From NCBI GenBank assembly GCA_036745095.1, contig DAIOGT010000001.1, forward strand, positions 26,201-90,200: a stretch of DNA of 64,000 nt, in the 5' to 3' direction. Numbering within the stretch: the stretch's first letter is position 1; every line of letters starts with the position of its first letter. The translations under genes were made by a program, and so were the position numbers. Origin of the DNA: Pyrinomonadaceae bacterium (GTDB lineage Bacteria; Acidobacteriota; Blastocatellia; Pyrinomonadales; Pyrinomonadaceae). This document shows positions 55,909 to 64,000 of the stretch, piece by piece. Below the pieces are notes generated by a model. The model was not told the origin of the DNA, made no database searches, and was given only the letters and a program-made list of their open reading frames with translations.

Positions 55909-56229
55909 CTTAAATCAATAGTTTACAGCAACGTTTGGACCAGCGAATTGAAGCAAATCATGCTGTAAATGCGGTCATCTTAAACTATGAACGCCCGCTT
56001 GCGCCAGCAAAGGGGACACCCAAGGGCCAAACTGTAGAGATAATCGTGCTCCTCAGCACTGTTGCTGTCGCTTCCGCAGGCTGTTTGACGCCTAGCATCA
56101 TTTTGCGCTCCATGATGAAGTAGGCGGGTTCAAAGATGCGACGGAAATAAATGAAATTCAGCAACGCATTCTTGAAATCCGGATAGTAGACCTCCCGCCC
56201 CCATCTTTATGCCTTGTTAGGTTCTGATC

Positions 56230-57954
56230 TTAACTGCACGCGCCAGTCCGGCCCTCGTAGACTTCGCGGGCGCGCGACAGCGCCGCTTCGACGTGTGGAA
56301 GCATGTTTGCTTCGCCCAGATACTGCAGGAAAGGCGACTGCCTCAAGAACTGTGCCGGTTGGCTGCGAGCGCCACACAAAAGCAGCGTACGGCCCGTCTG
56401 CCGCAGACGCTCAGTGAGTCTCTCCAACTCGTGTAACCCTGTAGCATCGATGGCCGTCATGTTTCTCAAACGCAATATGATGATGGGTGGGAGTGAATCT
56501 ATATCGGCTGTCGCCTCAGACAGCTTCTCTGTCGCCCCGAACAGAAACGGACCGTGTATGCGGAGCACCAGAACGTAGGGAGGCAGCAGTTTGTCTTGCA
56601 GCACGTGCGGACGACCATCCTCGATATACTCCTCCGTCACCGGGGCCACTGTAGTTGTCTGCGAGACCCGGTAAATGTAAAGCAGTGCAGCAAAGAGCAT
56701 CCCTATCTCGACCGCAACCGTTAGGTCTGCCAATACGGTCAGCGCGAAGGTCATGACCCATACCACTATGTCGGCTTTTGACAGCTTGAGTATGGTCCTT
56801 ACTTCGCGCCATTCACTCATGTTGTAGGCCACCACGAAAAGGATGGCAGCCAGTGTAGCGAGCGGAATGAAACGCGCGAGCGGTGCCGCTACCAGTAAGA
56901 TGACGAGCAATGTCAGTGAATGGACCATTCCGGAGACTGGTGTGCGAGCGCCTGACTTGATATTGGTGGCCGTGCGCGCGATCGCTCCGGTGGCCGGTAT
57001 ACCGCCCACGAAAGGAACCGCGAGGTTGGCAATGCCTTGAGCGAGCAGTTCCACATTGGAGTTATGCTTATCGCCGCTCATGCTATCTGCGACTACGGCA
57101 GAAAGAAGGCTTTCGATGGCAGCCAACATGGCTACTGTAACTGCGGCGGGCAGCAGCGGGACAATCAGATCGGGTCGAGCCTCTGGTAAGGAAATGTGTG
57201 GTAAACCGTTTGGAATGCCACCAAATTTACTGCCGATGGTCTCCACGGGAACTCCAAAAACAGCCACCGCTAGCGTAGAAATCACCAGGGCGACGATTGA
57301 GCCTGGAACACGCTTCGTCAGTTTTGGTAACAGCAGAATGATGAGGAGTGAACCGATGGCAAGCAGAACTGCCGACCAGCGTACGCTGCCAAGGTTATCT
57401 ACCAGAAGGCGCATGCGCAATAGAAACTCGCTTGGTACGGTACCGGTCTCGAGACCCAGGAAGTCTTTGATCTGTGTCGAAGCGATCAAGACGGCGATAC
57501 CATTCGTGAAGCCAATCGTGACCGGGCGAGGAATATACTTTACGGCCGAACCCAAACCAGTCACTGCCATGAGCAAGAGGATTACGCCTGCCATGATCGT
57601 GATGATTAACAGGCCCGGGACGCCGTGCGTCGCGACAATTCCTGCTACGATCACAACGAAGGCGCCGGTGGGACCTCCGATCTGAAGACGCGAACCGCCC
57701 AAAGCAGATATAAGAAAGCCGGCGACGACTGCTGTGTAAATCCCCGCTTGCGGGGTGACACCAGAAGCTATCCCAAACGCCATAGCCAGCGGAAGAGCCA
57801 CTAACCCGACGGTAACACCGGCGATCAGGTCCGAGATGAGGTCCTGCCTGGTGTAGCCCTTTCGCAAATACAAGAGAGATTTTGGAATCCATTTTTCAAT
57901 AAGCGCTGTCACGATTTTTCTTTGAAACGGAGAAGAAACTTTCCCCGGGTGCAC
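56230..57954 (-). CDS. SulP-family anion (sulfate) permease with C-terminal STAS domain
   Basis: DLIAGVTVGLVALPLAMAFGIASG, about 11 TMs, and a STAS-like tail (ILRLRNMTAIDATGLHELERL). Confidence 0.9.
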   Translation of the reverse strand: MHPGKVSSPFQRKIVTALIEKWIPKSLLYLRKGYTRQDLISDLIAGVTVGLVALPLAMAFGIASGVTPQAGIYTAVVAGFLISALGGSRLQIGGPTGAFVVIVAGIVATHGVPGLLIITIMAGVILLLMAVTGLGSAVKYIPRPVTIGFTNGIAVLIASTQIKDFLGLETGTVPSEFLLRMRLLVDNLGSVRWSAVLLAIGSLLIILLLPKLTKRVPGSIVALVISTLAVAVFGVPVETIGSKFGGIPNGLPHISLPEARPDLIVPLLPAAVTVAMLAAIESLLSAVVADSMSGDKHNSNVELLAQGIANLAVPFVGGIPATGAIARTATNIKSGARTPVSGMVHSLTLLVILLVAAPLARFIPLATLAAILFVVAYNMSEWREVRTILKLSKADIVVWVMTFALTVLADLTVAVEIGMLFAALLYIYRVSQTTTVAPVTEEYIEDGRPHVLQDKLLPPYVLVLRIHGPFLFGATEKLSEATADIDSLPPIIILRLRNMTAIDATGLHELERLTERLRQTGRTLLLCGARSQPAQFLRQSPFLQYLGEANMLPHVEAALSRAREVYEGRTGACS

Positions 57955-57965
57955 CAGGTCAGACG

Positions 57966-58358
57966 CTACGCGGCCATCAGATCAATTCGTTGGCGACATG
58001 AAGGAGTGCGACACTGACACACCGTGGAATCCTCTGCGAAAGAGTTTAAATAGTCGACTGTGATCTCTTCGCCAGCCCGGATCTCCCGTAGCGCGAAAAC
58101 GATCATGAATCGATCAATAATGAACACGTCAGCGTTTGGTTCGCAGGAGTGGTTGATATATTGAGTCTCGTTCCCCCCGACGCTTCCGTCGATGTAACAG
58201 TCCGCGCCTAGTTCACTGATGCGTTGGCCGTCGGGTCCTCTCATCCTCTGCATAGCTTCTGCGTGACAAATCCTTTCGCCGGAGTATTCGGCTATCGAGC
58301 TATGTTTTGGAAAGCGAACGGCCGCGAAACAGCCTGAGCCGTGGAGTGGTGACTTCAT
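57966..58358 (-). CDS. SET-domain protein (putative lysine methyltransferase)
   Basis: KSPLHGSGCFA, YINHSCEPNA, and post-SET CQCRTPSCR. ATG at 58358 is preferred; the track TTG at 58484 would add 42 aa. Confidence 0.7.
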   Translation of the reverse strand: MKSPLHGSGCFAAVRFPKHSSIAEYSGERICHAEAMQRMRGPDGQRISELGADCYIDGSVGGNETQYINHSCEPNADVFIIDRFMIVFALREIRAGEEITVDYLNSFAEDSTVCQCRTPSCRQRIDLMAA

Positions 58359-58480
58359 GACGAACAGCGCGCGGCTGCACCTTGAGATCGAACCTCGGTT
58401 CCTTTGGCGAACGGTCAGTGATAACGACAAGTAGCCAAACTCCTCCTGTTGCGAGCAAAGTGCCGGCATGATCCTGACGC

Positions 58481-58822
58481 TCAAAAGGGAGTGGGGTGCG
58501 CGGACCGCGGGCGTCCGGGGCCGGACACGGATAACTGGCAGTAGAGGAAACGTGAGCAGTTAGCACAGTTGATGAATCCACCTGCCTTCGCTGCCTGTTC
58601 TCGCGCAGTTGCAATTGTCACGTTGCAAGCTGAACAACGTCCATCGCGAACGGGAGCAAAGGGCCGGCCAGATCGCGCAAGTAACCGCTTTAACAATGGC
58701 TCAGATTGTGGCTGCTGGCTAAGCAATTGCTCACTAAGGGTCTCTACATCTTGCGTGTCGGCGTGCCCGTCTAAGTTCATCATAATCATTTGCTCAGGAG
58801 CGCCTTCTCTCTCGGTGAGCAT
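58481..58822 (-). CDS. C4 zinc-ribbon domain protein
   Basis: RCSACNVTI...INCANCSRFLY resembles the zf-RING_7/DUF164 C-terminus. Confidence 0.45.
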   Translation of the reverse strand: MLTEREGAPEQMIMMNLDGHADTQDVETLSEQLLSQQPQSEPLLKRLLARSGRPFAPVRDGRCSACNVTIATAREQAAKAGGFINCANCSRFLYCQLSVSGPGRPRSAHPTPF

Positions 58823-58892
58823 TTGTTTTCTTTTCTTGCGGGTTTTGCAACAATCAGGTGGACCATGTCTTTAAGTTACCCGTTGGAACAAG

Positions 58893-59243
58893 TCATCGAC
58901 GCGCGGCCTTACCTGGCAGGCCTCCGCCCATTTCTTCGAGCATGCTGCGCACGCCGATCAACTGGTGGTTGAAAAACTCCTTTGCCGCATCAAGCACCTT
59001 GAATATGCTTTTGTCGCTTACGGAGTAATAGACGTTCGCACCCTCTTTGCGCGTGAGGACGATATTTCTGTTGCGTAATACGGCAAGTTGTTGCGAGGCG
59101 TTTGCCTGCTCAACATCAAAACGTTGGCTGATCTCGTTGACGGTCAGTTCGCCCTCCCGCAAAGCATCAAGAATAGATATTCTCAATGGGTGTGCCAGGG
59201 CTTTGAAAAACTCCGCTTTGAAGTCGCTCAGTTGCTGTCTCAT
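58893..59243 (-). CDS. ArsR/SmtB-family metalloregulatory transcriptional repressor
   Basis: FKALAHPLRISILDALREGELTVNEISQRFDVEQANASQQLAVLRNRNIV is an HTH_5 wHTH. Confidence 0.85.
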   Translation of the reverse strand: MRQQLSDFKAEFFKALAHPLRISILDALREGELTVNEISQRFDVEQANASQQLAVLRNRNIVLTRKEGANVYYSVSDKSIFKVLDAAKEFFNHQLIGVRSMLEEMGGGLPGKAARR

Positions 59244-60939
59244 TCAGAAGCTCCCATTCTTCAGCTGCTCAGGCACCCGGGTATGCGCATCTGCACATCC
59301 TTGCATATTCTAGAGTCCCTCGTGCATCCCGTCAAGCAATCCGCTTCTCTAATGAGCAGCCTGGTCACCGTGGACGTCGCGGGTGAGTGATAGAGAACCG
59401 AAAGCTTTATTACAGCATCCCCTCCGCTCCTGAACTTGTTGGGTGGTGTTAACTGAAAAAGTCGGTCGATAGCTTCATAGAACTCCTCTCAATCTCCCCG
59501 ACTCAGTAACTCAAAATTGACGATATTGCGAGCTTGGTCCATTTGCGCAACCGGAAGGCGGGTGGGAAGGTAAGTTATGATCGACGCAATATAGGAATGA
59601 CTCCCCTATTGCTGAGCCAATTGGGCAAACGCAGGAACCATTGGGTCTTAGTGTGGGTAAATTGAACCCAGTTACTTGAATCGCGCATGCGACCTTATTG
59701 ATTTGCGTCAGTGATCTAACGTAAGTCGTGACTTCTGTCTGTTTCTGGAGGCGAACGACTTATTGTGCCGCCGGCGTGCACGCTGATCGGCGTAGTGGGT
59801 GCTGAATGGGGATGAGTCTATGTTGTATCATACTTGAAATGTATCGAGCTGAAGTACAACCAATGCCGACTAATCCTCTAGACAGAGTACCTCGTACTGG
59901 ACTTTGGAAAGTTGTAATTTATGAAGGCAACCGTTTTGTAAGGACGGATAAGGAGTACCTAATTATTTCAGTGGCAGAGCGGTTCGCTGCGGAACTGAAT
60001 TATCAATTTAGTGGCAAACGAAGAGCCAAAGAGCGTGATGGCGAAGGGGGTGCACTCGAGTGACTACGTTGGAATGGCAACGGGTCGATATTGCTTGATC
60101 CATAGTCTCTCATCGATATCAATCTTTAGCTGGGTGAGTACACTTTTAGTTGGTATCACGGGGGGAGTTATAGCTTTAAATGGTAAGGACTTCAGCTTTA
60201 CAGCGCTTCACAAGATCGCTCTTACATTCGCGGTTATTTTGTTATCGACGTTTTTCTTCTATACGAATCTATAACGACTCAACTGTGGCATTGGCTTACT
60301 CCAAAGTAATCTACAAACTTGATGCGGAGTAGAAACTAAAGTTCACGGATGGAGCTTATAAGAATGGCATCTCGGTAACATTGGTTTCACTGTACTTCTC
60401 ATGATTGCCGCAATTTTTGTCCTGTGGACTTCACCATACATCAGTGGCATTTAGACTAACGGAGTCTTCCATGCACTGACCACGAACAGCGTGGCTTCAA
60501 CCGAACAAGCTGGCTGATGCGTTGCTTTTGCGGTGGGAGATAACGCAAGACGAGACGATTTCGCTAGTCATCCTCATCTACCTTGTTTGTGTATCGATCA
60601 ACCCAGTTTAGATCACTGGTCCAATACCCCAGAATGCAATTGGGTTCAGTTATTCAAAACGAAGCTCGTGCAGATCGATCGTTGCCCTCCAGATTGGTAG
60701 CGTCCAGCCTCTGTAGGATCCCAAACGTACGCTGGAAATTCGGTGCCGAATAGCGTGTTAACACTCAAGAATGACAGGTGTTAACACTTCAAAGGTGGTT
60801 CCGGATTATCCGTTCAGAGTTTCCGAAGGAAAGGACGTTGAAAACACCTGCCATGCGCGCGTGATAACACGCTTTCGTCGTCTTTGAATCGACCATATGC
60901 TGGTAATCGTAATGCTGAGCAATTGAGCAATGAATTCAA

Positions 60940-61305
60940 GTGAAGGCACTCACCAATTTTAAGAGGCGAGGAAGAAGCACCGACATGAGTGCACCATCAA
61001 AACAAACGAAAGAGGTTGGTTCAATGAGACACCAAGACAAAATCAAAATACAGAGACGACGTCGTAGAAAGCTCTTTTGGCTATTTGCAGCGGCTGCGGT
61101 TTGTGCGCTGTTGTTGGAGGAACAAGTAGCTGTCCTCTACGTGGTGTCGGCCCTGGCGATATGCGGGCTAATGATGGTGTTAGCTTTTTCGAATTTGCAA
61201 GCCAGAGATGTGGAGATGCAGACCGCCGCCATCAGAGAAGCCGCTAACGACGACATGAGTAGATACTCCAGGAATTTGAGTAGAGGCAAAAGAAGAGCTG
61301 CGTAA
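60940..61305 (+). CDS. hypothetical small membrane protein
   Basis: An Arg-rich stretch, then two hydrophobic helices (LFWLFAAAAVCALLL, LYVVSALAICGLMMVLAF). The start is uncertain. Confidence 0.3.
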   Translation: MKALTNFKRRGRSTDMSAPSKQTKEVGSMRHQDKIKIQRRRRRKLFWLFAAAAVCALLLEEQVAVLYVVSALAICGLMMVLAFSNLQARDVEMQTAAIREAANDDMSRYSRNLSRGKRRAA

Positions 61306-61397
61306 CGATCGACGGCCCGGGCGAAACGCAAAGAATGAACGATTGACTGAATGTTTTTCCAAGGAAATCATTCGAACGCATATAAGAGGAGGTTCAA

Positions 61398-62120
61398 ATG
61401 TCGATTTACAAAACCATATTGCAAAGAAAAGAGGAAGTTGCCGATGGAACAATGGCATTCCATTTTGAAAAGCCAGCAGGTTTTGCATTCAAAGCTGGAC
61501 AATTTGGTGACTTTACTCTGATCAATCCAGCCGAAACCGACGCCGAAGGCAACATACGGGGGTTCTCGTTGGCGAGCGCTCCCTATGAAGGCGACCTCAT
61601 GTTTGCGACTCGAATGCGTGATACCGCATTCAAGCGAGTATTAAAAACAATGGAGATTGGAACAGAAGTTTCCCTGGATGCTCCTTATGGCTCATTCACG
61701 CTCCATAACAACGCGCGCATTCCCGCAGTCTTTCTCACCGGCGGCATCGGCGTAACGCCTGTCAGAAGCATCATCCTTCAAGCCACTCACGACCATCTTC
61801 CTCATAAGATTTTTCTTTTCGATTCGAACCGCAGGCCGGAAGATGCTGCGTTTCTGAACCAACTGATGGAAGCACAGGAGAAAAATCCAAACTACACGTT
61901 TGTCGGCACGATGACGGAGATGGAAAAATCAAGCCAGAAGTGGAATAGTGAAACCGGATACATCACGAAGCCCATGCTCGTTAAATACATTGGTGATCTC
62001 ACCGTTCCCATTTTTTACCTCGCCGGCCCAGCAGCAATGGTGACTGCGATGCGTAAAACGCTGAACGAAGCAGGAGTCGACGATGACAATATTCGAACAG
62101 AGGAATTTTCAGGCTACTGA
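61398..62120 (+). CDS. FNR-like FAD/NAD(P)-binding oxidoreductase
   Basis: RGFSLASAP (RxFS FAD motif), FLTGGIGVTPVRS, and YLAGPAAMV. Confidence 0.8.
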   Translation: MSIYKTILQRKEEVADGTMAFHFEKPAGFAFKAGQFGDFTLINPAETDAEGNIRGFSLASAPYEGDLMFATRMRDTAFKRVLKTMEIGTEVSLDAPYGSFTLHNNARIPAVFLTGGIGVTPVRSIILQATHDHLPHKIFLFDSNRRPEDAAFLNQLMEAQEKNPNYTFVGTMTEMEKSSQKWNSETGYITKPMLVKYIGDLTVPIFYLAGPAAMVTAMRKTLNEAGVDDDNIRTEEFSGY

Positions 62121-62141
62121 GCCAGGCGTCAAGGGGGAGAG

Positions 62142-62492
62142 ATGAATATCAAGGTAAAAAGAGCGTACGAACAACCGCACAAGGATGATGGGTTGCGTAT
62201 TCTCGTGGACAGGCTTTGGCCCCGCGGTCTAACTAAGGAAAAGGCGAGTGTTGATCTATGGCTGAAAGAGATCGCTCCGAGTACGGAACTGCGAAAATGG
62301 TTTGCGCATGATCCGGACAAGTGGAAAAGGTTCCGCGGACGGTACGAGACGGAGATTGGTCATCACCATGATCTGATAAAAGTGCTGAAGGAAAAAGCCA
62401 GGAAAGGAACAATTACGCTAATCTATGGAGCTCGAGATGAAAAGCACAATGAGGCATTGGTTCTGAAACAGTTCCTGGAAAGAAACCAATAG
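62142..62492 (+). CDS. DUF488-family protein
   Basis: [45 protein letters not shown] is the typical DUF488 (YeaO-like) sequence. Confidence 0.75.
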   Translation: MNIKVKRAYEQPHKDDGLRILVDRLWPRGLTKEKASVDLWLKEIAPSTELRKWFAHDPDKWKRFRGRYETEIGHHHDLIKVLKEKARKGTITLIYGARDEKHNEALVLKQFLERNQ

Positions 62493-62525
62493 CATCGCGA
62501 TTCTTCCTCAAAACTTTTTCTGCCT

Positions 62526-63439
62526 TTACTCCTGGTAGATACGGACCATCTCATCAAGGAGGCGCAGAGCAGCCGCTTTGTCCCGCTGGAAGGAATTCCG
62601 CCCAATAATTGAGCCGGATCCACGGCCGTCGCGGATCGCGTGCGCTTCGGCGAAAAGGGCTTCATCGCTTTCTTTTGGTCCACCGGAGAAGAGGACAATG
62701 CCCCGTCCGTTGAAAGCGCTTTGTACGACGTGACGAACACGATCCGCCGCGGTGTCGCGCGGAATATTTTGATCTTCGTAAACTTTCCGGGCATCGGGCA
62801 GTTCAAGGTGCGCGGTAGGCATTTTGACCTTGATGACGTGCGCTCCGAGTAGTGCGGCGATTTGCGCGCCGTAAGCGATCACGTCAAGGGCAGTTTCGCC
62901 GTCTTTGCTAAGGCCGCCGCCGCGCGGATAACTCCACCCACGACGACGAGTCCGGCGGCTCTAGCTTCACTTGCCAGTTCGCGCAACTGCTCGTATTGCA
63001 GACGCCGCTCTGCCGTGCCGGGATAGATTGTGTAGCCGATGGCGACGACCCCAGACGCAGAGCATCGGAGACCGAAGCTGTCAACGCACCGAGTGGGTCC
63101 TTTTCTTCGTGCAGCAGATCGTGGGCATTCAGTTTGAGAATCAACGGCGATTTCGCCTGCGAAGTCAGCGGCGCTCGCTTCGAGAAATCCAAGCAACGAC
63201 GCGTAAGCGTTGAGGCCGGCGTCAATGGCAAGTTGGAAATGGTAGGCGGGATCGTAAGCGGGAGGATTTGGCGCAAAACTGCGCGCTGGACCATGCTCGA
63301 AACCCTGGGCCACCGGCAGAATAATCACCCGGCCCGTTCCTCCCAGCCTACCGTGATTGATTATCCTGGCCAGGTTGGTCAGAACGCCTGGATTTTCGCT
63401 CCGATAACAACCAAGAATCTTAAGAACCTGGTCAGTCAT
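62526..63439 (-). pseudogene. class I (FbaB/DhnA-type) fructose-bisphosphate aldolase gene with at least three frameshifts
   Basis: The homologous reading is split over track ORFs 62879..63598 (from MTDQVLKILG...; AAGGAG SD), 62908..63294 (PLILKLNAHD...ALRLG), back to AIGYTIYPG...AAGLVVV, then shifted to WSYPRGGGLSKDGETALDVIAYGAQ... (62526..62882). Confidence 0.65.
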
Positions 63440-63473
63440 ACCGCTCCTTCGTCGTGCTCTTAAGGAAACCAGC

Positions 63474-64000
63474 TTAGGCAACGGCATCGCTGACGAATGT
63501 TTGTGCCTCATCCAAAATGCGCCTAAGGTGATCCGTTCCCCGAAAGCTTTCCACATAAATCTTGTAGATGTCCTCAGTACCGGAGGGACGCGCCGCAAAC
63601 CATCCGCTTTCTGCCACGACCTTCAGCCCGCCGAGGGGTGCCCCATTACCTGGAGCATGCGTCAGGATGGTCTGAATTTGTTCACCCGCAAGCTCATTCA
63701 AGCGAACCTGCTGCGGAGAAAGTTTCCTTAGAGTCTCTTTTTCTTGCGCTGTGGCTGGAGCTTCCGTGCGCGAGTAGACCGACTCTCCGAACTGGCTTGT
63801 TAGGTCCTGATAAATCTGACCAGGATCGCGATCCATGCGAGCAGTGATCTCAGCCGCGAGCAAGGCCGGAACAATTCCATCTTTATCCGTAGTCCAGACG
63901 GTGCCATCGAGACGCAGGAAAGATGCACCCGCGCTTTCCTCTCCAGCAAAACCGAGCGTGCCCTCGAGCAAGCCATCCACGAACCACTTGAAGCCGACCG
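63474..64000 (-). CDS. pgm: phosphoglucomutase, C-terminal part (5' end outside the window)
   Basis: FKWFVDGLLEG..GEESAGASFLR...FAARPSGTEDIYKIY. The frame stays open to the window edge. Confidence 0.85.
   Translation of the reverse strand, partial: VGFKWFVDGLLEGTLGFAGEESAGASFLRLDGTVWTTDKDGIVPALLAAEITARMDRDPGQIYQDLTSQFGESVYSRTEAPATAQEKETLRKLSPQQVRLNELAGEQIQTILTHAPGNGAPLGGLKVVAESGWFAARPSGTEDIYKIYVESFRGTDHLRRILDEAQTFVSDAVA

Noticed and set aside
58381-58400. The gagatcgaacctcgg string, which resembles a reversed tRNA T-arm
   Set aside because: It lies inside the N-terminal extension of track ORF 57966..58484, just upstream of the SET-domain start I prefer (58358). No other tRNA arms can be built around it.
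59400-60940. AT-richer, ORF-poor stretch with two weak overlapping ORFs (59806..60063, 60011..60274)
   Set aside because: There are no SDs, motifs or repeats that I could support. It may be a remnant of foreign DNA, but nothing specific can be claimed.
1-64000. Search for CRISPR arrays, rRNA genes, IS elements with terminal inverted repeats, and toxin-antitoxin pairs
   Set aside because: I saw no regularly spaced 25-40-bp repeats, no rRNA-like segments, and no transposase motifs (DDE or HUH). The only mobility gene is the tyrosine integrase.

Overview
This 64-kb window is probably from an Acidobacteriota chromosome. That is an inference from two tandem secreted VWA proteins of the acidobacterial type, the overall gene content, and a mid-50s %GC judged by eye. 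About 54 kb on the left is a mosaic metal (mainly copper) homeostasis island, almost entirely on the + strand. Block 1 (1.8-12.4 kb) is a tightly packed operon: a DUF2318-like protein, a MacB/FtsX-type ABC pair, TolC, CusB, CusA, and a membrane protein ending in an LTXXQ (Spy/CpxP-like) domain. Block 2 (12.4-21.4 kb) holds an ECF sigma fused in frame to a lytic transglycosylase, a MerR regulator, two VWA proteins, a Rieske protein, and members of an uncharacterised Cys/His-rich protein family that occurs three times in the window. Block 3 (26.8-34.4 kb) is the most unusual part. It carries an MtrA-like decahaem cytochrome, an MtrB/PioB-like barrel and an extremely Met-rich lipoprotein. It also carries a periplasmic-Met-rich/TM/FNR/[2Fe-2S] fusion, a bis-His membrane protein and an anchored heptahaem cytochrome. 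I read this block as a candidate NAD(P)H-to-cell-surface (or reverse) electron conduit. Block 4 is a visibly GC-richer copA-copB (multicopper oxidase/PcoB) insert that abuts an apparently 5'-truncated GH144-like gene. After it come phosphoketolase and an atypical P1B-ATPase with a CPD motif. Block 5 (43.9-46.1 kb) is a stretch of decayed gene fragments. Block 6 is a second cus operon (A-C-B order) preceded by small secreted Cys-rich proteins. The island ends at a response regulator, a tyrosine integrase, phased direct repeats and a tRNA 5'-half fragment at about 55.9 kb. To the right are - strand genes: SulP, a SET-domain protein, ArsR, a frameshifted class I aldolase, and a partial pgm. I saw no CRISPR array, no rRNA gene and no intact tRNA gene. 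All family assignments come from reading motifs by eye; no searches were run.
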